A DNA stretch of 64,000 nt from Chiloscyllium plagiosum (Eukaryota), in the NCBI RefSeq assembly GCF_004010195.1, contig NC_057754.1:13020927-13084926 (forward strand), read 5' to 3'. Numbering within the stretch: position 1 is the first letter of the stretch; every line of letters begins with the position of its first letter. The translations under genes were made by a program, and so were the position numbers. The notes under the pieces were generated by a model, which did no database searches, was not told where the DNA came from, and worked only from the letters and a program-made list of their open reading frames with translations. This document shows positions 13,521-27,051 of this stretch, piece after piece.

Positions 13521-14019
13521 TTAAAACTTTATCGATGTTCTCATTTCGTTTAATGCGTGGATATTCTGGAGCCGTGTCATTCGGTAACACTGTCTACATT
13601 TTCCCCAACATTGCACATTGCTGCCGACTCCTCGATAATCCTTGACTCCTTTGTGATTCGTGAACCTTGTCTCAAAAATATTCAATATCTCTGCCTCGAA
13701 TGGTCTGCAGGGAAGAATGTTTCAAAGACTCACTACACCCTGAGAAAACAAGCATATACCGACTCATCGGTGTGTGAGATTAGTTTATTTTAGTATCCTT
13801 ATCTGAGAAAGTATATAGTAACATTGGAAGCAGTTCAGAGGTGCTTCACTTCACGTATTCCATGGATGAAGTGCTGCTATTATGGAGACTTTTACAGGTT
13901 GCCCTTGGAATGAGAACTGATCTTAGTGAAATATACAAACCCTTGAGGCGAGTGCATCATGTAGATACCCACTGGGTGTATGCGTAGTCCAATACTTGAT
14001 GTCATTTTCATCGAATCCC

Positions 14020-14362
14020 TATAGTGTGTAAGCAGGACATTCCGCCGAATCGAATCCACACCAACCCACCGAACAGTATCCCACCCAGACCTGTCCCCTA
14101 CCCTATCCATTTACCTCTGAATTTCCCATGACTAACCTACTTAACATGCACATCCCTGGTCACTCTGAGTTTATTTAGCATGTCTAATCACTCTAAGCTG
14201 CACATCTTTAGACTATGGGAGGAAGCTTGTGAACTGGAAGAAACTCACACAGACACGGCAAGAATGTTCAAATTCCACATAGGGTTCGCACGAGGTTGGA
14301 ATTGAGCTCAGCTCCTTGCTGATATGAGGCAGCAGTGCTAACCACAAATCCACCATGCTGCT
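14020..14362 (-). mobile_element. old HE1/V-SINE-type tRNA-derived SINE
   Basis: diverged match to the 20850-21163 copy. Confidence 0.75.
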
Positions 14363-14429
14363 CCATTAGCCGTATTAGTTATCTGCGGCTGATGAAAGAA
14401 ATCTGCCTGACTTGTTCCTATCACTGAAC

Positions 14430-15200
14430 CAGACCCAGTCTGAGACCTTTGTCATCGGTCATACCACCAACCTGGTTACATTTATAATGTGTTGTGAGCA
14501 GTGGAGGACTGGGACTAGAAATGGAATCTGTTGACACCCTCCAACCTCAGTCAGAACCGGAGTGAGGAGAAATTCACAAAGTAGGATTTCATTCAAGTGG
14601 GAATTCTCTTTTCCAGAAGTTTGGGATGGCTGAATCTGGATATTAAAGCAAGGCTGGCTTCGTCTGACTGTCCATAGACAGGTGAATCAGGGATTATGGT
14701 AAATGAAGAGAAAGGTGCAGCCGAGACCACAATGATATGAGCCATGTCCTTATTTATTGGTGGAGTAGTGTCAAAGGGCCGAATGGCACACTCGTGGCCC
14801 TCAGCCCTGTGTTCTGATGTTGCTTTCAGTCCTTCGGACCTGCTACACAGGAGCAGATCGAGGCCACTCTGATGGTTAGGTGCAGTTTCGGAAGTGTACT
14901 TGGAAAATCCAGGCTGGGTCAGGAAGTGACCCCTCCACCCCCCAATCCCTCTTTCCAGGCTTTCCCTCTCTGTAACTTCTGCTCTGGAATTGCTGTGAAT
15001 ACAGCGCCCATACCCCATTCAGGATTAACTCAAACAAATCCTCTCCTCTCCTTGAATGCAACATTGTACAACATGACTTCCAGGAAAATAACCAATTACT
15101 TTCCAAAAGCATAACCTAAGAACGTAAGAAATAGAATCAGGAGTCGGCTATTCGGCCCCTCAAGCCTGAAATCTCATTCAATAAGAATATGTCTGATTGG
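14430..15200. repeat. old segmental duplicate (paralog of ~30060-30900)
   Basis: Colinear similarity across unique sequence and shared CR1 junctions, e.g. TCTGAGACCT, CAGTGGAGGA, TTCAAGTGG, GAGACCACAAT, GGAGCAGAT, AAATCCAGxCTGGGT, CTGTGAATACAGC. Confidence 0.75.
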
Positions 15201-15950
15201 CTCCAGGGCTGAACTCCACTTTCCCACCCAATTCGTTGTATCCCTCCACAACTCTCTGGGTTAGGGAATCCAGACATTCACTACTTTCTGAGAGAATACA
15301 TTATTTTCCACCTCAGATTGAAATCGATGTTTCTTATTCGGTATCTACCTACTCGAGTTCGAGACTCAGGGGAAACACCTACTCTGCCTCTACTTTGTCA
15401 ATCCCCCTCTGTATCTTGTGCATTTCAGTAATATCACCCTTATTCATTTTAACCACAATATCACCATTTTAGATGCACTCAATAATTCAATCTTTTAATC
15501 CCAGGAACGCGCCTCATGAACCAACCTAGTTACTTCCTCCATCAGCGTGCTGACGTTACGTTTCATACACAGGAACTCTCCAAATCCTTGGTACTGCTCC
15601 TTTTTGGGGAGTCCTATTCATTAAATAAAAGCCAGCCTTTTGGTTCTCAGTGTCATCCACAAACTCTGTTGTATATTGCACTCGGCTCCCACCGTCAGGC
15701 TATCAGTATAGATTGTAAATAACAGATGCCATCGCACTGATACTTGTGGTTATCCATTAGATACATCTTTATCATAAAAATCCATTAATCCTGACTCTCC
15801 GATTTCTTTGTGTTAACCAACTGTCATCCCATGCTAATGTATTATCCATCATACTAAGAGCCTCTGGCACAAAACCTTGTGAAAAATCTCTGGAAAGCCT
15901 CATGTTGACCAGTTCCCTTTATCAAGTCTGCTTGTCACATTCTCAGGGAT

Positions 15951-16043
15951 TCCTGATGAAGTGTTCTTGCCCGAAACATTGATTTTGCTGCTCCTTGGAT
16001 GCTGCCTGACCTGGGGTGCTTTTCTAGCATGACTCTAATCTTG
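15951..16043 (+). mobile_element. short Penelope-type repeat insertion with 14-bp target-site duplication
   Basis: ACATTCTCAGGGAT at 15937-15950 and 16044-16057; begins TCCTGATGA...CCGAAAC. Confidence 0.75.
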
Positions 16044-16739
16044 ACATTCTCAGGGATCTCCAGAACAAACTGTGTATGCTTTTACAGAACAAAAATAGTT
16101 TCCCTTTCACAAAACCATGCCAACTCTGTGTTAAGCTTTTTAAAATGCACTGCAATTCTTTCCTTACTAACATGCTCTAGCAGATTCCCAGCTATAATGG
16201 TGAGGCTAAATGTTTCCTGCTTTCCGTCTCATTCCTTTCTTAAGGATAGGCACACGTTGGAAGGTCTCCGGTTTAGCTGGAACACTCCTGTAATCCAGAG
16301 AGTTATGGAATATTTCTCACAGTGCCACCAGTCACACTGCAACCACTTCTTTTAAAATTAACTATGAATTACTGTTGACCTGCCTACCATTATTCTTATC
16401 TGTTAGTTGAAAACCTTGTTCCTTTTGTTAGAAACAGTTCAAGAACTTCTCTCCTATTACAATTTTGTTTATACCATTGAAATACGTACAGTACTTTCCC
16501 CATGAGGAACGATTTAAAATACTGGTATGAGATATCTGCCTGTTCCCTGTGGCCAGTTCCCCAGTCACACCCTCCAAATGGCCTCAATGTGCTTTCCTGA
16601 CTGCACTTCTGCCTCAGCTTACACACACGCATCTTTAAGCTTTTTTTATATAGACGGAAAAGCTCGTGATGCGTGTTTTTATATTTCTTGCCAAATTTAT
16701 TGCATCATATCTTTTTCATATAATTTCCTCGCTTTCGAG

Positions 16740-17145
16740 ACTCATACAGTCATATCGTGCACAAACAGACCATTTGATCCAACTTGTCCATGCTGGCCAG
16801 GTTTTCCAAACTAAACTAGTCCCATCTGCTTTGCACTTGGCCCATATGCCCATGGCCCAACGTTTCCCATTCATATCTTTGTCCAAATGTCTTTGAAATT
16901 CTCTCGCTGTACTTGCATCTACCGCTGTTCCTTCCGCAGCTCATTCCATGCATACATCACCTTCTATGTAAAAAAAAAGTTGCCCCTTTGTCCCTTCCAA
17001 GTTTTTCCCCTTTCACCTTAAAGCTATGCATCTGAGTTTGAACTCCTCGATCCTGCAGAAAAGACCTTGGCTATTCACCCTATCGATGCCTCCCATGATA
17101 TTATAAACTTCTAGAACATCACCCCTCAACCTCCTACACTCCATC
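16740..17145 (-). mobile_element. CR1 3' end
   Basis: similar to other CR1 tails in the window. Confidence 0.65.
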
Positions 17146-17399
17146 TGATACTAACTTCAAGATTAAACGTGTTACGATAAACACTGCAAATTTGAAAGAA
17201 TTATACAAATGACAGGTAAAGAAAACAGCCCAAACTTCATACTGTTAGTTTTGCTCTATGTTACAAAACTAAGGCAGCATGAAACTCTTACTAGTGCCAA
17301 TAAGAGGTCAAGCACCTGAATTCCTTAGCGTGAAGGGGGTGATGATCTATACAGTGAAAACGTATCTCTTGCCAGATCCATATAATACCACATGGTCAA

Positions 17400-17895
17400 C
17401 ATTCTCCCTCCAGTTCTCCCTGTGACCTTGTGTGGTTGTGTCTTCTTTATCTTACATTCAGTTAGAGAGAACCTCTTTCCCCCATTCACACCTTAATTTA
17501 AACCCATTTTGTATCATCTTCTCGTTCACCACTGCTAATCGCCCATTTATCTTTTGCCACGCCCTCTTTTCCAAGTCTGACATCCCCCATCTCCAGCAAG
17601 GGATTAAAAGCCCAGTTTGCAACTTTTTTCAGTTCTGAACAAGTCAGACTGGACTTGTAACGCTAACTCTGTTTCTCTGTCTCTGCAGATGCTGCCAGAC
17701 CTGCTGAGTTTCTCCAGAAACGAATAGGCACAACACAAATTTTCAGTTAAAGAAACAGCGAAGGATACTGTAACAAAAAACACACATATTGCCAGAGAAA
17801 CCGAGAGGGTCATTAGACCCGAAAGATTAACTCTGCATTCACTACAGAAGATGCCGCCAGACCTGGTTTGTTTCTTCAGCAATTTCTGTTTTTTG
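17400..17895 (+). mobile_element. two degenerate Penelope-type terminal repeats (second family)
   Basis: TTCTGAAC..GACTTGTAACGCTAACTCTG..CAGATGCTGCCAGACCTGCTGAGTTTCTCCAG and GGGTCATTAGACCCGAAAGATTAACTCTG. Confidence 0.55.
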
Positions 17896-18399
17896 AACAA
17901 ATTCCAATGACGTGTATGAAAGCTGCTCAAACGCCCTGTCCAACACGGAGCTCCGAACACTGGGAACTGAGCGATAATGCAAAGTGTACACATTCATTGG
18001 CTCTGAAACTGCATAAGGCTGGCATCACTGACACCAGCGAGCTCTTAATCATGGTCTGGGAGAAAACCAGAGGGAAACACATTCAATTCAAATGCAGAAT
18101 GTGGCATTACGAGAAAGGAAAAGATTCAGATGAATATGTTAAAGGGTTTAAGTAATGTAACAATTTGGAAGCATGACACCAAGGAAAGAGCCTCAGCAGA
18201 ATGAGAATATGAAAATGGAAGTATTACCGCATCAGAAACTAGGTGAGGTCACTGAGTACACGGCGGATGGTTGAGTAGGTCTCGATATGAACTGGGGGAT
18301 AGTCAATAGAATTGAATTGCAGATATTGCAGTTCAAACTGGGCTATCATGTGATGCTGTAGACAACAGCAGCAACAGAAGCAGGATTGTACTTAAACAT

Positions 18400-19200
18400 A
18401 ATCTGTCACATTTTCCCCAGGATGTTCCATCAGTCTATCATTACCATCAACCCGAGTGATGGTTCAGTGATGAGTGCGGGTGAACATGCCAAGGTCAGAA
18501 CCATGTGTACCTAAAGCTGATGACAAACCATTAAAGCTACGCCACTTGAGTGGTTTCATTCCAAACAGCAGAACTGACATCTGACAGAGAGGACGAAATT
18601 ATCCCAAGACCAACAGATCAGATCTCCGCTCTGCAGTCCTGCCACAGCCAGATATAAATTTCGGTGTACTATTAAACAACTTACTTGAGGAGAGGACTCC
18701 AGAAGTATTCCCATCCTAAATAATGGAACGGCCCTGCACATCAGTGAAAAGGACAAGGATGTAGTATCTGCACCATCCTCAGCCAGAGGTGTTGAATGGA
18801 TGATCCACTTCATCCTCGCCATGATGTCCACAGAATACCAGATGGTAGTGTTCAACCAATTCGATTAGCTGCATGTGACATGAAGAAACAGCTGAACACT
18901 GTAGATATGACAAAGGCAATGGGACCTGACCCCATTCCTGCAATAGGACTGAAGACTTGTGCTGCACAACAAGCCGTATCCCTGGGGAAGCTGTTTCATT
19001 CCAGCTCCAACTCTGACAACTCCCAAGCAATGTGGAAAATTACTCAACTATGTCCCGCCCCCTAATAGGTGAATAATTAGATTCTGACCATTTAACACCC
19101 CCTCAGTCCCTTCACGATAATCAAATTAGTGGGAGTTATTTTTGACAGAGCTGTCAAGCAACACAGAAATAACCCGCACAGTGTGGTTTCCGATAGGTAC
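18400..19200 (+). mobile_element. internal fragment of the LINE family at 39978-42790
   Basis: DMTKAMGPDPIPAIGLKTCA..LGKLF..MWKITQLCP; colinear with ~40900-41600. Confidence 0.7.
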
Positions 19201-19204
19201 TTAT

Positions 19205-19650
19205 GTGGAGATGGTGCTGTTGTGGAAATGTCACTGGATTACTAATCCAATACAGAATAATGCTCTGGCAGCTGGTAGAAGTTAAAATCAATCAATAAAA
19301 TATCAAGATCTAGAATCTAGTGATGTTAACAGTGACCTTGCATCCAATGTTGATTGTAAACTTCGATCTCTTTCCCAAATGTACTTTCAGGAAGTGAATC
19401 TCCCATGCTTTCCTGGTCTGGCCTAAAAGTGACTCCAGACAAACATCCATGTGATAAACTCTTCAATGGTCTCTGAAACGGCCAAGCAAGACACTCAATT
19501 GTATAAAACTGCTTCGAGGTCTTAAAGGATAAAACCGGACAGGATACCTGGCTCCAGCCTCGATATCAGAAGAGGGAACGAGAAACACAGTTGTATTGAC
19601 CCTCCAGAGACCTCCTTCCCAACATCTGAGAGCTTGTGACAACATTTATA
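19205..19650 (+). mobile_element. 5' part (SINE-like head plus endonuclease start) of the LINE family at 39978-42790
   Basis: shares GACTCCAGAC, CTCTGAAAxGG, ACCTGGC, AACATCTGAGxGCTxGTG with 40220-40430. Confidence 0.65.
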
Positions 19651-20849
19651 AAGCTCTCCCACAAATTGCACAGAAACATCGGAACAGGAGTAGGTCATTC
19701 AGCACATTGAGCCTTCCCCTTTCCAGTTCATGGAGAAAATCTCCTGAATGCAATTTTCTCGACACCGTGTTCATATGTTTAAACATTGTGAAATATGAAA
19801 TAAGAACTGTTGTCGTCCCATCGGTCTATAACTTTGCTCCTTGATTCAATATACAGGCAGTTCTCCGATAACACGTGTTTATTAAACACAATATGACTGC
19901 AATGCGTTTCGTGAAATGCGCACCTTTTTCTATAAAGTGAACTCCCGTTCACTGTGACGCGATTCCTTGCCAGGCACCAGCTGAACAACAAAATGCAGCT
20001 TCAGGATCCTCTGTCTGCAAAATGCACCCTCTGTGTGTTCAGCTAAAACAGAAATACAATCCGCTCTGCAAGCCTTGAACCTGAGCCTGAAACGTGGAAT
20101 TGTTTTCTCCAATTAGAAAGAACTTTATTTCAAACCAGGGGGAGAATCTTGAGGAGAACTGGAATTCCGTGTTGGCATCACGTGGTCAGTCAGCCCTGCG
20201 CACTTTCTGGTGAAGAGCTTGGTGAAATGTACAGGGATGCAGCCAGTGACTGTATTGTGAAAGTGTTACATTTACAGCACTGTTTCATTGCAATATATGA
20301 CTTAAAGGTTTATTTAGATTATGCTAGTGTGTGTGTTAGACCAACTTTAATTTTTGATTTTTACTGATGTTTTGCGGTTCGCCCATTATTCTCTTTTCCC
20401 CATAGACCACATTATTAATTTTGGATGATTTTCTGCAACACAGTGATGCACAGGAACACAACCGCGTTATTGAAGAACTACCTGCAATGATATCTGATCC
20501 TCTATCTTCATATCATAACCCCGCTCTCTCCCTATCATTTCCAGAAATCCTTATCTTTATTTAGTGCCTTGGTTTCCACAGCCTAATCTGACAGATAATT
20601 TGCCATGTTCTATCAGTCTCTGAGTGCAGAGATTTATTCTCAATGCAGCGTGGCCTGTCTGTACCTAATACTGTGGCCCCTTGTTTTTAATGCCCCAGCC
20701 AGGGGAATTGTCACGCCTGCTTCCAATCTGTCTCGCCCTGACAGAGTTTTATGTATTTCACTGAGATCTACACTCATTTTCCTAAACCCCATGGAATAAA
20801 GGCCCATTCACCCCAGACTCTGCCCCCACAACAAGCCTGCCATCCCCGA

Positions 20850-21163
20850 GATTAGATTACTTAGTGTGGAAACAGGCCCTTCGGCCCAACAAGTCCACAG
20901 CGACCCACCGAAGCCCAACCCACCCAGACCCATTCTCCTACATTTACCCCTTCACCTAACACTACGGGCAATTTAACTTAGCCAATACACCTAACCTGCA
21001 CATTTTTGGACTGTGGGAGGAAACCGGAGCACCCGGAGGAAACCCACGCAGACACGGAGAGAATGTGCAAATTTCACACAGAGAGTCGCCTGAGATGGGA
21101 ATTGAACCCGTGTCTCTGGCGCTGTGAGGCAGCAGTGCTAAACAGTGTGCCACCGTGCCGCCC
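20850..21163 (-). mobile_element. young HE1/V-SINE-type tRNA-derived SINE
   Basis: tRNA-like head (GGTGGCAC..TTAGC, GGTTCAATTCC) and central TTTGCACATTCTCxCCGTGTCTGCGTGGGTTTCCTCCGGGTGCTCCGGTTTCCTCCCACAGTCC domain. Confidence 0.85.
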
Positions 21164-21164
21164 A

Positions 21165-23720
21165 CGGCAGTCTGGTCATCTTCGCTGCAGTCCCTCAATG
21201 TCAGGGTTGTCCTTTATGAGGGAAGGAGACATGAACTGCACACAATACTGCACAATGTTCACGATGGGGGTCTCACCAAGTCCCTGTACAGATGCAGTAA
21301 AATACCCTTACTCCTGTATTCAAATCCCCCTGAAATGAAGGTGAATACACGATTTATCTGCCTTCCTGCTTTCTGCTCCTGAAATATTGCTTTCAGTGTC
21401 TGGTGTATAGGGAGATCCAGATCCTTTTCAATGTTACAGCTCCCCACTTGTTGAGTGTGTGTACACTGGTCAGCGTGCCAATGCCATTCCCAGTATTGAC
21501 TTCTGGATTCAGAACTCACTGCTCTGCACTGACCTCGGAGGGCTGCACGGAAGGAAAGAAAAGTGCAGCTTAAGTTCCTTTATAGATCAACATTTTTCAA
21601 CCAATCCCTTTTCAAATGATAGGTTCCCGTTCTGTTTTTCCCATCAAAGGTCACAATATCACTTATTCCACCCCCCCCCCCCCACCCCATTGCTCTCCAT
21701 CTGCCATGTATTTGCCCAGACACTCAACTTGTCTCAATCACCTTGGAGCATTTTGACATCCTGCTCACCCATTCACAATCCGATATTGTTTAGTGGCATC
21801 AGCAATATTGGAAATATTGTATTTCACCCACTCAACCAAATATATGATGTGTATTGGGAATAGCTGGGGTCCAACCCCCAATCCCTGCTAGCTCCGCCAA
21901 GGGTTCCACTCAAACAAAAATGTTTATTCCTACTCACTGCTTCATGCCAGCTCTCCGATTCTAAAACCATATTAGTCCCAATCCCATAGGATTTGAATTT
22001 GCATAACAGACTTGGGGCTTTATCAAAAATCTTTCTGAAAATCCAATCGTTTGGAATGATTGCTTCTCCATAATTATGCTAAAGGTGACTTTTTCAAATA
22101 TGATGCCCATTTGATAAATCTCTGTTGACTTTGTCTGTGCTCATTACTTTCAGTTCCAATACTTCCTCTAAAACTGTTCAGTTGCTAATTTCATTCTATT
22201 CACTTTTTCTCAACAGACTAATGTTCACTTGTATTGTTGGGAAGTTTTCTTTTTTGTTTTGTTTTCTTCTGTGAAGACATAACTGAAGTATTTGCTCCAT
22301 AGTTCTGCCTTTTCCCTGTCCTCAATTCTCTGGTATCAGACTGTAAGTAAGCTGCACCTTAATTTTGCCATTGACATATTTTCAAAAGATATTGCAAGTT
22401 TAATCTTAAAACCCATGTTAATATATTCTTCAGAAACCCATCAATTCCTATCTTAAACTACTCAATGATTTACCTTCCACAGCCACACAAACACTGAAGC
22501 AAAGACTTTGTACCATCAGAAAATGAGCACGGTCTACATTAGTCCCACTTTCCGACACAAGACCAGTGGCCGTGAATTTTATGGCATTTCAAGTGCACAG
22601 CCGTGTATTTTCCAATGGTTGTGAAGTTACCATGACAATTCTTCTCTCAGGAAGTGCAATCCTGACCCCAACATGTTCTGGATAAAAAAACAATCCTCAA
22701 TTCCTATCCAAATATCAAACCCTTCACTTTAAAATGTGCTCCATTGTTCTTGGCCCTTTGACTCAAAGAAACAGCTGCTGCTTATCTATCCTGTCCGTGC
22801 CCCTCGTAATCCTATCCTTCTGAATCACGGCCCACTCACCCTTCTCTCCTCCAAACTAAATAACCCCAGCTTATCCAACCTCTCTCCATAGATGATATGC
22901 TCTAACCCAGGGAACATCCCGGTGAATCTCCTCTGAGCCCCCTCCACTACAATCACATCCTTCCTGTAACGTGGCTCCCAGAACTACAATCAGTATTCCA
23001 TCTTGGTCAAACCAAAATTCCGCATAGCTCTTACACTCTATGCCTTGATGAATAAAGATGATGTCTTCGGTCCCCTATGCTTTCTCAAATTGAACATTAA
23101 CCTGTTTTGTCACATTCAGGGATGCGTGGAGAAGCGCCCCCTAAGCTTCCTCGTGTGCTGCCATTCATTGAGTACTCCCCTGTCCAGTTCCTTCGTCCAC
23201 AGTGCATCGTCTCATAGTTATCAGGGTTACATTCCACCTGCCATTGATCCACCCATCTGACCATTCCATCTGTATCTTCCTGTAACATATGCCTTCCTCC
23301 TCACTGACAACCACCCGGCCAATCTTTGTATCAAACACAAACTTAGTTGTCACACTCCCGCCACCCCCGTCTATATTTACAGCTGCATCATTTATGAATA
23401 CCACAAATAATAGGGTTAAAGATGACACAACACCAGGTTATAGTCCAACTGGTTTATTCGGAGGCACTAGCTTTGAAGCGTTGCTTCTTCATCAGGTGAT
23501 TGGGTGCTTTGAAAGCTTGTGCCTCTGAATAAACCTGCTAGTCGATAAACTGGTGTTATGTGATTTTTAGGTTTGTCCACCCCAGTCCAACACCAACGCC
23601 TCCGAATCACAAATAATAAGGAGCACAGCACTGATCCCTGTGATACACCCTTAGACACCGGTGTCCAGGCACATTAACAGCCTTCAACCACTACCCTCTG
23701 TCTCCTAACACTAAGTTGAT
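21165..23720 (-). mobile_element. cluster of degenerate CR1 RT/3' fragments
   Basis: LYRDLVRP, WQVECNPD, VSQGSVLCSLLFVI, FVFDTKIG remnants. Confidence 0.7.
23414..23607. mobile_element. head-to-head Penelope-type repeat pair (third family) with TSD
   Basis: inverted arms ~23415-23485 and ~23505-23570; CACAAATAATA duplicated at 23402-23412 and 23608-23618; minus strand reads CACCTGATGAAGAAGCAACGCTTCAAAGCTAGTG. Confidence 0.75.
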
Positions 23721-24154
23721 TTGCATCCAACTTGGCAAGTCACGAATGACTCCTACCTGTTCCCTTGCTATTTCCTTCTGCTTGACACACTTACAGAATA
23801 TCTGGGGATTCTCCCTAATCTTACCCTACCATGCACCTGTTTTAGGCAGTTCTCACCAAGTGAAGAATTGCCTCATTATTGCGGTCTTAAATGGTCTGTC
23901 CCTTATCCTGCTATTATTTGACTTGAATGTGGATTAGACAGCCAGGGAAATGTTCTGATTATTTTCATATGTTTTGTGAATTTTCTAAATTTCACTGTGA
24001 TTCACCTATCATTCTTTGAAACTCGAGAGAACACAGGCCGAGTTTCCTCATCCAGCAATCTCGCCATCTGAGGGATTAATCTGGACAATGTCCATTGCAC
24101 TTTTTTTCTGGACAGTATATTCTTTCGCAGATTGGGTCACCAACACTGTACAGA

Positions 24155-24420
24155 ATGGATGTAGGTTTGCTCGCTGAGCTGAATGGGTTCGTTATCTTAC
24201 TAGGTAACATCTTCAGTGAACCTCATGCGAAACAATGCTGAAAATTCCTGCTTTCTATTTACATACTTGGGTTTCTTTGAGTTGGTGATATCTTTTCCTG
24301 TGGTGATGCTATTTCCTGTGGTGATGCTATTTCCTGTGGTGAAGTCACTTCCTGTTCCTTTTCTCAGGGGGTGGTAGATAGGGTCTAAAAATTAATAGCA
24401 CATCGAGTTAGACATCTGTG
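24155..24420 (-). mobile_element. degenerate Penelope 3' terminal repeat with internal 18-bp tandem repeat
   Basis: resembles 45841-45990; minus CACTGAAGATGTTAC..; TTTCCTGTGGTGATGCTA repeated at ~24294-24340. Confidence 0.55.
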
Positions 24421-25289
24421 AGAAATACATACGGATTCTCTCCATTGTTGCTGTTAATTTCTAAATATCCAATATCACATGCTGTATAATAGATTCCAAC
24501 AGTTTCCCTGCAGATGTCAAGTTAATTGGTCGGCAGTTCTTCAAACTATGTCTTCTTCCCTTTATAGATGCTTGGATACCTTCCATTAATCTACAGTGCT
24601 TGGACCACGTTTACTAACTTCCATTTGTCTACAATGGCTTCGAGCCTCTGCAGAATGCACAGGAAAATAAAACACATTCATCGGCAGTGCAATTAATATT
24701 TCTATTGCTGATTTATGTCTGACATTTCAATATGAAGCACATCAGGTTTGTCAGACTTTAGCAATGCTCAATCCAGTTGCATTTTCAAATACTACCTTAT
24801 TACTGTTATAAATTGACTTTGTGTCTTTAGTTGCACAAGCCCTACTTGATCACTTGGTATTATTGGGTGATTTTGTGGATCTTCCTCCATGAAGACAGAT
24901 GCAAAGTAACTGGTTATTTTCTTGACCATTTCCCTGTTCTTCACAATAAACTCTCCTCTTCCGATTACAAATTTCCATATTTGACCTTGCTTTTATTTTG
25001 TTTCCTTTGAAATACAGGTTGTAGATTTATGCAATGTTTTTGTTCCCATTTGTTAGCATTCGTGTTCTGCTTTTGATTTCCTTATCAGTTTTATGGCCCT
25101 CGTTTCTGGATCGTGAATTTCTGAGAATTCTCAGGCTTCTACAATGACTGAAATTCTTCTGAAGCCACTTCCAATGATTAATACATTTTCTAATTTGTTA
25201 TGTTAATCATCATTGTGTCACTTTCCCTTTCTTTGTTGTTTGTACCTGAAATAAATAGATGTATTTTTCAGACTTTGCAGTATTTCTAT

Positions 25290-26105
25290 AAATTTCCTGG
25301 TCCTGACCAGATATATTCAGGAACGCTAGGACAGAGAATGAATTGCGGGAGTCCTGGCTGATACTTCTGCATTATCGCTGGCCAACGGGTGAGGTCCTGG
25401 AGGACTGGAGGGTAGAGAAAGCTGTGCCCTTACTCAAGAAGGGATATAAAGAAAAACCTGGGAACTATAGACCAGTAAACCTAAAATATGTAGTAGGTAA
25501 CTTACTTGAAAGGTTCTGAGAGATAAGATATACATGCATTTGGAAAGACAGCGTGTGATTAGGAGCTAGTTTAGAGTGGTGCTAGAAAGGCACAGCAAGT
25601 CAAGCAGCATCCGAGGAACAGGAAAATCAATGTTTCGGGCAAAAGCCCATCAACAAAGTCAGCACGGTTTTGTGCATCAGAGATCATATCACACAAATTT
25701 GATCGAAGTCTTTGATATAGTCACCAGCAATATTGAGGAAGGTAGGGTGGTATACGTAGTCGAGAAATCTTAAATGGACGTTAATGCAGATCAGTGTACG
25801 TTCTTGCATTTTAGAAACTCAAATCAAGATCAGAGTTTTATGGTGAATGGTTGGGTCTTAAAGAGTGTGGTGGAACAGAGGGACCTTGGAATTCAGGTGC
25901 ATAGTTCTCTGAAAGTTGATTCAGACGTAGACAGGGGGACAATGAAGAAGACTTTTGGCATACTTGCATTCATCAGTCAGGGCACCGAGTATCAAAGTTG
26001 GGGAGCTATGTTGCAGTTACACGGGACGCTGATGAGGCCATACTTATAGTACTATGTTACGTTTTGTTCACTTTGCAAGATGAAGGATGTTATTAAACTG
26101 AAAAA
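25290..26105 (+). mobile_element. CR1 ORF2 fragments with a Penelope-type repeat inserted at ~25575-25655
   Basis: KEKPGNYRPVNL, QHGFVHQRSYHTNLIE, EQRDLGIQVHSSLK. Confidence 0.75.
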
Positions 26106-26146
26106 ACTTTCTCTCTAGTTTGGTTCAATAATACTCTTCAACGTAC

Positions 26147-26450
26147 CTGATATACATTTAGGGAATTTTGTTTTTCACAGCATGAGCTTCGTTAACGCAG
26201 TTGTGATGCAATTTGAGACCATACAATAAGACTGCAGTATCCATGATACTTGCATATCTAATTTTCAGAGCATATGATGCTCAGATTTTCTGCTACTTTT
26301 TTAGTTCCGATATATAATACACCAATGTTTGCTTCTCCTTGTTATTTGTATGCTCCATCTGAACTGAATCTGAGGGACATGGTCTGTGGCGTTATTAGTG
26401 GTAGACTTGGACAAGACATTCCGGAAGGGTCGCCTTGACGCTGAGATGAT
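26147..26450 (-). pseudogene. decayed Ig V-set-like exon
   Basis: 304 bp between acceptor TATTTCTTCAG| and donor CAG|GTACGT; frameshifted pieces QGDPSGMSCP, QFRWS, SYALKIRYASIMDTAV-YCMV match the Ig B, C and E-F strand pattern. Confidence 0.6.
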
Positions 26451-26859
26451 CTGAAGAAATACTCAACAATACAGGACAAGCATCAATAGCCTTCCCCGCT
26501 CTGTCAGGATAAGGGTCACCGTATTCTATCTGCTCCCTCACACTCCCTGTATATCTGTTATAGCACCGACCCCAGAACAATGCTCACGCTCTATCTCCAA
26601 ATAAGGCTCAGGCACTATCAAACTCAGTATTAAATTCAGCAACTTGCTTCCTCACTTTCTCTGTCACCTAGGCCATATCCCCCCCGCCCCACACACACAC
26701 TAAGAATACTATATGAACTCACAACTATCGACTGACTCATTCTAGACACCTCACCATTCCCCCCAGCCCCACCTGCACCAGCACTAACAGCAGGGTCACT
26801 CATTCCCACTCTCCCTCCCTTTCTCCTGTTCCAGGAAAGACTGCCTGGAATGGGGCAGA

Positions 26860-26960
26860 AAGGGCCAAGAGCTGAAAATGTGTTACTGGAAAAGCGCCGC
26901 AGGTCAGGCAGCATCCAAGCCACAGGAGAATCGACGTTGCGGGCATAAGCCCTTCTCATC
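26860..26960 (-). mobile_element. Penelope-type terminal repeat (same family as 1-265)
   Basis: reverse complement of ~145-235. Confidence 0.75.
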
Positions 26961-27051
26961 CCTCTACAATGATTTCAGTGAGTCTCTCTCTCACTGCACA
27001 CCCCAGAAAGGGCCAAGCCGGGTAGCGGAGTGTCTCATATACGTTCCCTCA

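Noticed and set aside
20439..20466. RSS-like CACAGTG + 12 bp + ACAACCGCG
   Set aside because: Nonamer matches only 5/9 and there is no adjacent V/D/J coding segment
21085..21163. tRNA gene-like A/B boxes (also ~32870, ~40000, ~54325)
   Set aside because: These are SINE/LINE heads without a complete cloverleaf
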